A stretch of 64,000 nucleotides of DNA. It comes from Neoechinorhynchus agilis. Taxonomy: Eukaryota > Animalia > Acanthocephala. Under the pieces are notes generated by a model. It made no database searches and had not been told where the DNA came from. It saw nothing but the letters and a program-made list of their open reading frames with translations. The stretch is taken from NCBI GenBank assembly GCA_051530055.1, contig CM121342.1:9191480-9255479 (forward strand), in the 5' to 3' direction. Each line of letters opens with the position of its first letter. Positions within the stretch are counted from its first letter, which is position 1. Both the position numbers and the translations under genes were made by a program. Shown here in pieces: positions 49,513-60,653 of this stretch.

Positions 49513-49699
49513 TTCAATAAAAATACGTTTTATCCGCGATTACCTGTAGTTGGTCTAAATGCACCCAGGGAGGCAGCTTACGGGGTTGACGATTATTGGT
49601 TGACAAATCAAGCAAACAACCATGTCGTGTGTTTGTGACATTTTTTAGATTGAATTAATGTGTCGACAAAATATTATTAAACTTTATTCTATGTGTATA

Positions 49700-50070
49700 A
49701 ATAGCGGATACACTCTAAGAAGAAATCGATGCCACGCTCGGACGTAACCCCTCTGTAGTACCGCGCGATTTGGAGACACTCGTGAAGGAGACGACGAAAA
49801 TTGGCATTGAATGCTGCGAAATGCGAGATTTTAGTGATGAACATCGAAAAATACCATGAACCACTTTTAGAAACTGTACCCGGGATAACATTGATTACTC
49901 TACACCGGTTGATTCTTTTAATAAGCAGTATTTTTTGCTCTAACACGGAAACCGATATTTACAATCTTCAGCCGCAACTTTCGGTGCTATGCGAACGAGT
50001 TAATGAATTATCCTTACGCGAGGCTCTGTTCATGATCAAGAATTCTCTTGCGTCATTCCTCAGCCAACCA
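49700..50070 (+). mobile_element. CRE-clade RT fragment
   Basis: LALNAAKCEILVMNI..VPGITL...LSVLCERV..LS..EALFMIKN matches ORF 970-1761. Confidence 0.75.
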
Positions 50071-50155
50071 GATATTGACACCTTGAAAAAAAAAGTTAAG
50101 CAGATGGCTGGATAACGAGAGCTGCCATGTTTAGATTTTCTGGACATGACCTTAT

Positions 50156-51764
50156 TTTGTTTCAATAGCGAAGAATTGTATCAATTAAATTTATTATATG
50201 AAAATTTTCGGCCTTTTCGTTGGCCTTCTTCAGTCACTCTAAAATTACAATAGAATCAAATTCGAGAGCGTCTGAGGTTCAATTTATAGTCGGCTTTGTT
50301 GCCAGGAAACGTGCTTGTTCGCTGGATCATTATCGCTTCGATCGTCACTCTATCGCGCTTTACGTCACTGCGGGCCAGTACTTCGGTGCCATCAAAATTG
50401 ATCGCATGTCCACTGCTATTGATGTGGGACACTATTGCCGAACTTACATCCGTCTTTTTGTCCACTGCTCTTCTGCGCTCGGCAATCCCTCTTTTTAAAT
50501 TGATGGTTTGTCCCTCATATGAGAGATTGCAATTGGAACATGGGATCTTGTATACACATCCGACCGGTACCTCCTCATTTTTCGGTCGGAGTACTCCTTG
50601 GAGAGTCCTGCCCTTTTGCTTAAACGTAGCGCACGCTTTGTCTCTATCGATTCTGTTGATCAGCGAATCTATCCCCGAATTCCATTGAACATCGACGAAT
50701 GGCGTTTCAATGTAGCACTTCTTTTTCTCTTGATTGATTGTTCTCACATACGAAGCATACTGAGCCCTTCTCCTACATTTCTCAATGTATTTCTTTGGGT
50801 ATCCACTCACTTTGAGATTAGTTCACAATTAAGGCGTACTGCATCCGAACAATATCGAAATGCCCTGATGAACATCGATCGGACTATTGCCAATTTGTGT
50901 TTGATCGGCTGAGCAGGTATCCACGGAACAACCATGTGCGGAAACCCTTGCTTCCTGTAGACCGATGTCATAAAACCACTATTCGAACCTTTTGTTACTT
51001 GTACATCCAGAAATGGTAGAGACTCATTTTCCTCCTCTTCCATTGCCCATATTATATTTTGGTGGCAGCTATTCAGTTCCTTGCTCAGTTGTACAGTTGA
51101 ACTTCTATTGGGATTCAGAATAATGAACGTATTGTCCACATATCGTAGCCAGAGCTTCGCATCATTTAATTTTGACAAGTGTTCATCCCATTTTCTGATG
51201 TATATCTCAGCCAATAGTGGGTATAATGGGTTTCCCACATCGCTAGCCCATCCGCCTGGTCATAATTCACACCCTCAAACTCAAAGTTTGAATATTGTCT
51301 ACAGAATTCAAGAAGCTGGCGCCAATTATTAGCTGAGAGCTTCCATTCTGTACATTTTTCGACCAATAGGTTTGTTGCTAGCTCAATCACCTCCTCCACG
51401 GGTATCTTTGTAAATAAGGACGTTACATCCGCCGAAACCATGAGACCGGCTTCGTTTGGATTCACCCTGCCCAATCGATCAATGAAATCTACACCCGAAG
51501 TGACCACATGGTCCGATGCCGGAAGGAGCTGTTTGATAAATCCGGATAATTTTCTCGACAACTTAAAGTTATAGGATGAGTGTGCGGCGATGATCGGACG
51601 CGCTTTGACGGGTGTTTTGTGGATCTTTGCAAATAAATACATTTTCGGCGTCTCTCAAATTTGATTCTATTGTAATTTTAGAGTGACTGAAGAAGGCGAA
51701 CGAAAAGACCGAAATTTTTCATATAATGAATTTAGTTGATACAATTCTTCGCTATTGAAACAAA
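50156..51764 (-). mobile_element. Penelope-like element (RT + GIY-YIG, frameshifted, 5'-truncated) with 113-bp inverted termini
   Basis: AKIHK.PVKARPII, ADVTSLFT.IP, GLAMG-NPLYP.LAEIY, WLRYVDN, GCVYKIPC..C..SYEGQT; 50156-50268 is the reverse complement of 51652-51764. Confidence 0.9.
50198..50237 (-). ncRNA. Hammerhead ribozyme at the Penelope 3' end
   Basis: GTGA-CTGAAGA-A-GGCC(aacgaaaa)GGCC-GAA-AATT-T-TCAT; a damaged inverted copy lies at 51683-51723 (+). Confidence 0.75.
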
Positions 51765-51769
51765 CTATA

Positions 51770-52400
51770 ATGGAGAATATCTTTACCATAACCTTATTGT
51801 CTGGGAATTCGACAAAAATATTCTGTTAGGCAGGAAAACCAAACTATCAGCTCTAAACATCCAACTCTTAAACTCTACTATCCAACTATTTTGCCTTTCT
51901 TGTCGTTTCGCCCCTCTTGGCGAAATTAACAACTTCCTAGCGGAGAGTAGTATCTCCGTTGTGACCTCCACTACCCGTACTATGACTTGGCAAAATAAAC
52001 CTAAGCTCTTATCTTTGTATGACAAAGAATTACAAGCTGCTCGTACTAAAAATGAAAAACTCCTGATCAAGTTTTGGTCTTCACTTAACTGGTCTTGTCG
52101 GGCGAAGCTTCATATTAATCAGGATAAATCCAAGCTGTCTACCCTAAAGCCATTTTCTTCACCGTGGTGGCGCACTATAACCTGCAAAAAGTTTAGACCA
52201 TGGCGAGTAGCTGCTGGTTTTTGGATTAAGAATTCGGGTATGGATTCTGTTTTGGATTATCTCGTATCATTCCACTGGTTGTATTCTTAATCGCCCTACA
52301 CCCGATTTTATTCAAATTCAACATAGACGTTTAGATATAAGAGCTGTCGACATCGCTACTCACTGGGCCTCAAAGAATCTATCTTCTCATAATGGCTCGT
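51770..52400 (+). mobile_element. LINE ORF2 inter-domain fragment
   Basis: LKPFSSPWWRTITCKKF resembles LQPFSSSWWNMVSGKKR in ORF 62825-63457. Confidence 0.55.
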
Positions 52401-55340
52401 CTGTACCCTTCAAAGCCACAAATGTCCTTAAGGGTACTATTGTTCGAGATTTATCCCGGCGAATGGTCGCTGCTTCCTTTGAGGAATGAACCGAAATAAA
52501 TGTAGCTAAAATGATTTTTTTAATAAAAAGTAAATGCAAGACTATTTCTTCAGTGACCATGTCAGATCCATATCTATTCAAAATTCTTTAGTCAGTATTT
52601 ACCAGAGATTGTTAGCCAGATTTATTTTGGGGTTTGCGCTGGAACATAATTGCATTGACCGGCGTTGTCATTGATTCCTTCCTAAGAGATTAGTTCACAT
52701 TGCGATAAGGGAGATTATTCACAATTTTACCAATAGAAAATTGTATATTTCCTTACACTCGAGATAAGCTACCGTGATATTGCGATAATTCTATTTAGGA
52801 AATTATATAATGTAAATCAATGACAAATCCTAGATAATCGATCAGACTGCGCAACAAAACTCTGGTGTGCGCAATGGGTGTATTCACTTTTTATGTTAAA
52901 TTTTATGGAATCAATGATTGGTCCTTTAACCAAAACTCACGTGTGTATGGTCTGAGTGCGAATAAATAAATAAATACATTTGGCAAATAAAGCATCGTTA
53001 ATGTTATCACAAAAACTACTAAAGGAAAGTATCTCTTCTCCTGATCAAAAATTGAGAACTGCGTCTTCAAGACTACGGTATCCTCGGTTGGTGGTAGTGA
53101 AATGGCGGAGAATAACTAAAGCCATGAAGGAAAGTTAAACTTTGATTCGTATATCGCAAAAGTTGCCTGGGACAATGAACTGTGTTTTAATGAAATTCTA
53201 GAGATCCTTTGATTAGCATGCAGCAAAGAAAACTAACTAAAGTTTATTGCTGTCAAAACTATTCTAAATCATACCAAATCTAAAATTACTGGAGCCAAGG
53301 TCTCATCGCGCTAAATCGGATCCAATCTCCTTAGTGCAATATCCAACCTATATTCGACATTATGTAATTGTATGAATTTTTCCAATATTGAGGAGTTCGA
53401 TACATTTTCCTGTAATTGTTCTGATATCTTCCATTATTAAGCGGAGTCTTTTGCGCGTTTCCTTTCGCATCCTTTAATATCTTTGCACTGCCTATAAATG
53501 TTGTAGTTTCTGAAGAGTCAACTTTGGAGTTGCTGGACGGTTTGGAAACAGCAGTCATTTCATTTTTATCAACAATTTCGATTATTTCTAATGCGCCAGA
53601 CACAGCCTTACCAAGTTTTGGTGCCGTGCCCTTACTTTCTTTTTCAACGACGTGAATTTTAGTTGGAAGCTCCGTTAGTCAATCTTCGATCCTCCGGATC
53701 TTTTTTCAATTGTCAATACAAGTAAATCTTGCCAATTCTCACCCGCGATGATCGAGATAGGCAATTCGAAACGTAACCTTTTTATTATCTTTTTGTTATA
53801 ACTCACGCAGACATTGTACTTGGGTTGATCGCCGAACTTTGAAGATTATTTCCTTATTTGGAGTGGTTCCTACAGTTTCGAAGGATACCAATATTATCCT
53901 ATACTCAAACTGACCCACTTACCCGTCGAAATCACGACAAAATTTAAAAATGATCACCAACATTCAAGTTATACAACTCAAATGGATTCATCCTTTTTTT
54001 GAGGAAGCTATGAATGCGCTATTTTCAGCTTCAAACAACTTCTCTTCCTCAGATACCCGTTGGCGTAGCTCTCTTCGTCGCCTAATCCACTCACAATAAA
54101 TTTTGGAATCTTGTTCTTCTACTTGAATGGCCTTACACAATGGCACTGATTTTGAAAGTATTTGTTCGCAGGTAAAGAGCAAAGTATCCGTATTGACGCT
54201 CGTCCCAACATTGGAGCCGTTTATGTCTTCATTGTAGCTGTATTTGTGGCTATTAAATATTGGTATTTAGGAATTTAACTCTTGTTAGTTCAACTTAAAA
54301 AGCGAGATTAATCTTTGTGAACGATTTATAAAAGTTGCTACCGCATCGACGTTCTATAAACCAAGACCAAAAATAGAAGATAAAATCTTTTTCAAAAACG
54401 AAATAGAAAAAATTCCCGATATAAAAACATTTTCCTTAACTTAAAGAATTTTAAGTTAGTTGATTTAATCGCGCATCGATTTTTTTCCAATTTCTAAAAT
54501 TTGTATCGAAATTACTAAGATAAATTTGGTAATAATTGCGATTTATCGCGTCTTTTTTAACTATGTTCTTTTTTATTTGTGGATATAAATGATTGATATT
54601 TGGTATTTTGCTCCTGCCTCTAAACCGAGATAATGGAGTTCTTGATAGTTATGAAGAGAGTATCCCTCCAAGATGAAATCATCTTAAACATTGACTTTCG
54701 AAATTAATGAAAAGATTTTGCTGGATACCAACAGAAGGTGAGCGCGCTCGAGACTGAGTTCTTCAATAAAAGATTGAATTACTGCCAGGATAAAGATACT
54801 GTTAAATCAATACCATCGTTGGAGAATCGATAAAGCACTCAGAAGATTTAGAGGGGATAAAAAGTCTCAAGGTTACTGTATTATATTTAAACAAATAAGC
54901 AAAATTATCATAAAGAAAATTTTAGCGCGTATTGCTATATAACGTAAATGATCCATCGATCTGTCAAGTTCTTTTAATGTCAAACTTTTAAATTTTAAAG
55001 CGTTTTCGTTGCTTCGCGATTTCGGCCGGCGAAGAAAGATCCACAACATGAGCAAGTTTGATTCGGTCGATTAAGACGATTTCGTTACGATCGCTGTAAT
55101 CGATTTTTAAAAATTTATCGTTCGTTTCGATTATTTTATAATGTCCTTTGTACGGCGGCAGAAGGGGACCTCCAGGTTGTACTTGGCTTCGACCGGGATC
55201 TTAGGAACGTATTCCGATACATTCCAATGTCTAGAAGTCGGCAATGGCAACAACGAGCGGATCCTGTCGCAAAGAATTCGAAGGTGCTTTTGCGGGTTTC
55301 AGAAGACGATGCTCCCAGATCAGCTTTCAGAGGCACGAAA

Positions 55341-55775
55341 TTATCCTCCCGACTACTTTCCATCTTCCCTTAAAAAGCTTCTATAAAATCTTGCAGCCTG
55401 TAATCCAAATCCTTTTTGTAGAAAATTCTGATTTGCGTTAAGAAAATCGACAAGAACCTTTCCTACTCTGAGCTCGTGATTTAAAACAACAAATCTTCGC
55501 CTCGATTGCGAAATTGCGAACAAATCTGCCTCAATCCATTCGTCTCACTTCAGATGAGATTATTCTCCCGACTACTTTCCACCTTCTATTAAGAACGCTT
55601 CTATAGAATCTTGTAGCCTTTAATGTAAATCCTTTATAGGAAATTTTGATTTGCGTTACGAAAATCGACAAGAACCTTTCCTACTCTCAGCTGATGATTT
55701 TTAGCTACAAATCCTCGCTTCGATTGTGAAATTGTGAACAAATCCGCCTCGATCTTTTCGCCTCATTTCATGATA
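55341..55775. repeat. Two-copy 219-bp tandem duplication
   Basis: ttatcctcccgactactttcc at 55341 and ttattctcccgactactttcc at 55560, with co-linear similarity onward. Confidence 0.85.
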
Positions 55776-55959
55776 CATCCACGTAATATTTTCAACAACA
55801 AGGATCGTCGGAGGATATCTGTGTTAGATGTGTATGTTAGATGTCCATCGATCGCAAAGTCGCATGCAAAAATCTTTTAGAAACCCAGCCCAGGGAGTCC
55901 ATGTGCCTGAAAAACGCTTGAATAAAAAGTGGCTTGTGTTCTGGAGGGCGACCTCTAGA

Positions 55960-57420
55960 ATAAAAAAACAAGGCTGGAGATAGCCCAAGTTTTCCAAATA
56001 ATTCTTAGGTTATTAACACTCAGCCCCAATTTATAGGCGCACTAGTTGTTTTCGATTTTGCTACTTTTGGAAGCTTTTTCATTTGAGTAATGTCTGTCCT
56101 AGGGGATAAATTGACTGTGATCGTGTGTCTGAGAATACGTAGCTTCTTGGGCATAAAAGAGTTGTTCGATACGGATTGAGAATTGTTGGATAAAAGTGAA
56201 TAAAAGAATAGTTTGAAGTCTCTGCGTATTCGGCTTGAGCGGATTTTAATGATCAATTTTGTTTTTATTAAATTAGAAGAAAGATTGATGTGAGGTAGTA
56301 TGGTCTTTAGATACTCTATGGATTGTTCGATTAAAAGTTTCAGCCTGGCTGCCCTATGAGATTTCATCACAAAAATGATATCATCTGCATAACAAATCAT
56401 AGATGCATTAAGAGGATAATTTTGTACAATGTATTGAGAAGAAAAAAGGAATAAAATAGGGGAGAGTTGCGATCCTTGTGGAACACCGTTAAGAAGGTAA
56501 TAAAACGTCTTGCCAACATCATCATCGTAATAAAACGCTTTCGAGAAAAGCGTATTATGAATCCTGGCTATTAGGTTATGTGGAACACTGAAAAATTCCA
56601 ACATTTCGACAATGTAGCTTAGGGAACCAAAAGTGCAAGTAGAGGGTACGCATCGTCGCCAAAGTTCGAATATCAGCCAACGCAGTGAACAGACTTCCCT
56701 TTCAAAAAACCATGGCAGTATTTGGATATGCAGTTGTGCTCCAAGACGAAAAGGTTGAGTTTATGCGCAAGAGCACGTTCGTAGATGGTGATTTGCAAGG
56801 AGATCGAGCGAAGGTCGTTGTGTGCATTTACTTTTTCCCATTTTTAACCAAGACTGCGCCGTAAGATATATCCCAGGAGGCATACGGGGAACACTACAAC
56901 ATCAAGTTTGTTAAGCGGAGGACGCAATCCCGAGGGAGCCGAGAGAAGAATTTGGTTCCTGAAGTGCTGTTATATGAGGAAATTTTGGGATTAAGAGACC
57001 AAACTTTGGCAATATCATTCTGAGTCAAATCAGAGGGGTTACGAATTGATCTGCGAAATAAGATTGGCGGAATAATGCCTTTGGCGCAAGCGGAGGCATG
57101 AAAATCAATGATAGAAGTTAGTATCTGGTCCAAAGTGGAGGTTTTTAACCAGGAGGTTAGCTTTCCACCACTTCGAATAGAAAGGTTTTAAAGTTTTTAA
57201 AAAGGCACCGTCGAATGCCATTTGTTGTCTACATCGAGCTGCCCAGTATTGACTGGAAAGTACTTTGACAAGAACGTTGGAATCGTTGATAATTTTTCTC
57301 CGAATATCGTGAGGCACAGATACCCTCAACGAATTGGATGGCCGTGTGCCACCCTCCGCCGCAACGCTAGGTTGCGAACACATTTTGCACTCAACGTTTT
57401 TTTATCGCTTTTATATGTAA
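55960..57420 (-). mobile_element. LINE of the 60.6-64 kb family, internally deleted
   Basis: MLEFFSVPHNLIARIHNTLFSKAF, GVPQGSQLSPILF and YADD match 63782-64000; the ORF1 start is joined to mid-ORF2 at ~57275. Confidence 0.85.
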
Positions 57421-57867
57421 AAAATTGATATACAATGGATAATTGATCCACGCAAAGGATGGCGTACTTTGTGCTGTATTTTTTTAAACGGGTTTTACAT
57501 TTAATTCAAAAAATGCGATCATTTTATGTATTTATCGCTCTCGTTATTCGTGATTACCTGGGTAGAGCATTTTAATGTGTAGAAATCGCTAAACTCGTGC
57601 CCTTCCGCAATTATTGTGTAGGGGCAACTGGATCATTGTTGAGGTGCAAGACGATCATCTCTACGGTGAGCGGCTCTGGGTATCGGGTCCTCAAGCTGTT
57701 AGCTATGACCCTAAGCCAACTCCTAAAAACGACAAGGACATACAAAATGCAGAGGGACTGATTTAATACTTGCATTTCCGGAGAGAGAATTTCAATAACT
57801 GCCGACTAATGCCTTTTTATTTTGACACCTTGATGACAACCGAAAAGATATACCGAGGAAACAATAT

Positions 57868-59279
57868 CTCATGCAATATAACCAATCGATATGGAAAGGT
57901 ACAATAGTCACAAACGTTTGAAGTTATTTTGTGTGATAAGTGCGCAATGGCACACAACAAATCCCTTCAGGCGCTTGATTCGACGTTGAAGGACCAAAGT
58001 TCATACAAAACGTCCTTTTGCCGATTGTTCGATTCGCCCGGTCGTTAACTCGATAAAAAAATTTAATTTTAAGCACTAAAATGAAACAAGTAAACATTCC
58101 GGGAATTAATTTTTTCGCATCGCTCAAAATGATCATTTCTATAGTATGAGTCTCAATCTTCTGCATCAAGAGAAAGACCCTCCAAATTCACAAACATTAT
58201 TAAGGGTCCGAGATTTTAAATGTCTGAAACACGAATTAAAAGACGTTCTTAGTGCAAAATCGGAATGCAGAGCAGGTGGTGAAGAACGATGAGAAATCCG
58301 CCGCAAGAGGTTTTGAGAACTTTGCTTACCGGTTGTCATGGAGACAGACATTTTCGTTCGGACCACAATGCTATGATGATCGGTGTTTTTATTCAATTGA
58401 AGAAGCAACGAAAGAGGTAAAATAAAAGATGGATCAATGAGATTTTGTAAATCACGTACAAAAATGCCCTTTGGTTGGAATGCCATAAAAGCGATGGATA
58501 AGATCAAATCAATAAAATGGTGAACAGAATGAGAAGGAATATATTAATTGCTTCTTTTATTTTTGAGTTTGACTGTTTTCACATAAAGTTCTAGCGATTC
58601 TCGCTGCTTTGAACGGCACGAAAAAATGTTGTCCGTCGAGTCTTGCGAAATCAGGCCACCATTTACACGTAAACAACCTTTTCTGCATTTTATCTTTTAT
58701 TCTTAAACGCCCTCTGAGCTACCAAAAGCAGCATCGATCGTCATCGGGCTTCGACCTTCAGTCGATACTTACTGTCAGCAGAGGAAAATACAAGAAAGCT
58801 TTGTATCCACCGAAAGGGTTCCCTTCTTTTTAACATCTCATTCCTTCCCTGCATAAAAACCTCCTCATCTGAAACGTCGATGTCGCTTCTACGTCTCTCT
58901 TTCGATGAAAGCGATTCTGAAATCTGTTTGAAGATTGAACTGTCCATATTGTTTGTTTTATGGCGACGAAATTAAAATTACTTTCAATTTGATGTAGAAA
59001 CAATTTACAGCATGGATAAAGGAAAAAAGATTGTGCCGATATATCGGATTTTAAAATAAATTCATTTTAATTTCTTTTCCATTAAACAAATATTCTTAAA
59101 ATCTAAGAAATCCGCCAGTAGAATTGCCGGATAATCTTCTTAATTGTGAATATTTGCATAAACAACATTTTTGTTTGCTGGTTTCAGATCTTTGATCGAA
59201 AACTTCCAATATCTTATTTATTAATTAAGAATAGGTCAAAACATTTTACTTGATGTCCGACCCTTCCACGACCGTTTAA
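57868..59279. repeat. Segmental duplication, copy 2
   Basis: Near-identical to 31514-33110 without the CRE insert. Confidence 0.95.
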
Positions 59280-59425
59280 CAAGGGCATTAGTCCACTTGA
59301 CCACCTCGACACAACTACGGAATGCCAAACTCAGCCAGAATGGCCTTGAATTAACAAAATCAAAAACTTGCTGAGTTTGACATTTCGTAGTTGCGTCGAG
59401 GTGGTCAAGTGGGCCAATGCCCTTG
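59280..59425. repeat. Inverted repeat, 56-bp arms (5 transitions), 34-nt spacer
   Basis: 59280-59335 versus 59370-59425. Confidence 0.92.
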
Positions 59426-60653
59426 ATCGCAGTTAGGGTTAAACTGGTTCGAATCCGTTACCGCCAATGATGCACAACCAAAGGAAACGAAATATCGCTG
59501 AAGAGAGGAAACTCACGGATGAGTCCCGCCCCTTGGAGGTATCTGAGAATCCGGGGCAATGTTCAAACTCCTTACCGTACACATCAGAGTCTAAGTATTT
59601 CAATCACTTCTCTGATGCAGGAGGTCGGTGGGCCGTGTGCCCAATGAAAATTATCAGCAGCGGAAAAAAGGCCACACATAGACACTTAATAAAAATTATT
59701 TGTATGAAACGTCTTTCTTACAATGCATAAATTGTTCGTGTACCAATTGTTTTTGGTTGACCACTATAAAAAAGATACGATTGAGAATGGATGTCCTGAT
59801 TGTCCACAGAAGTGCGCCTACACTTAGGCGAATCGCGATGAAAATTGGACATCACGAAACATCGGAAATATGTCCAACATTAACAATAACTTTATATTGA
59901 TAACCAGAAAAGGGGCAAATCTAAAATGATTGAAAGGGTAAGTTAACACAAATATCATCCTTTTGTGTTCGTTTCAATCGGTTAGATCGCCGAGTTTTGT
60001 TTCAGCTCGTTGACAAATCTTGTTAAATTTTAATCGCCAGTAATGCCCGGACTCACAAAAAGTCTATGCTTCACGATGCGTTAGTCTCTAATTAATTTCT
60101 AGGCCAAATTGGACAATTCAACTAAAATGTCGCTTCAGCAAGAAAAAATGAAATTCGTCGTTTCATGAAATGTGCGATTTTAAAAAGCCATCAATGTCAA
60201 TTTAATAATGTTATTCTTTCATTACGGTGCTTAGGAATTAAGATTTTATCTAATAATAACACGTTTATTTGTTAAAATTCAAAGAATAGTAACCATGTGT
60301 CTTTGGGTCTCCATTAGCGCTCGAGTTCAGATTTGTTCAAAGAATGCGGATTTTTTAATTGAAAAATTAATTTGTGGAAAGTAGCTGTGTAATCTGCTTG
60401 CTTAATGTCTTTTTAAATTAACGGCGATTTTATTCGCTTTCTGAGCTAACCAATGTGTATCTTTATTAAGTTGAAAAACCACTACAAACATACAGACATT
60501 TTCACCAAATACTTCAATACTGCCCTTTATAACCGATTATCACAGTATTTAATGTTTATAGCACGATCGATGAAGCATCAATCAAAGTGTATGCCGATCG
60601 ATATTTATATCACATGAGTACATTACTGTTTTGGTCGGGTGGGAATAAACGCA

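Noticed and set aside
53331-54182. Short minus-strand ORFs with protein-like composition
   Set aside because: No recognisable motif and fragmented by stops; no product can be supported.
59395-59466. Functional tRNA gene
   Set aside because: A and B boxes are present but the acceptor and anticodon stems do not pair; kept only as a SINE-like candidate.
59506-59530. Hammerhead-like ctgaaga-gag-gaaa-ctc
   Set aside because: No GAAA core after the stem and no stem I/III.
59467-59730. Possible BED zinc finger of a hAT transposase
   Set aside because: Only one of the two expected Cys is present and no downstream transposase motifs are recognisable.
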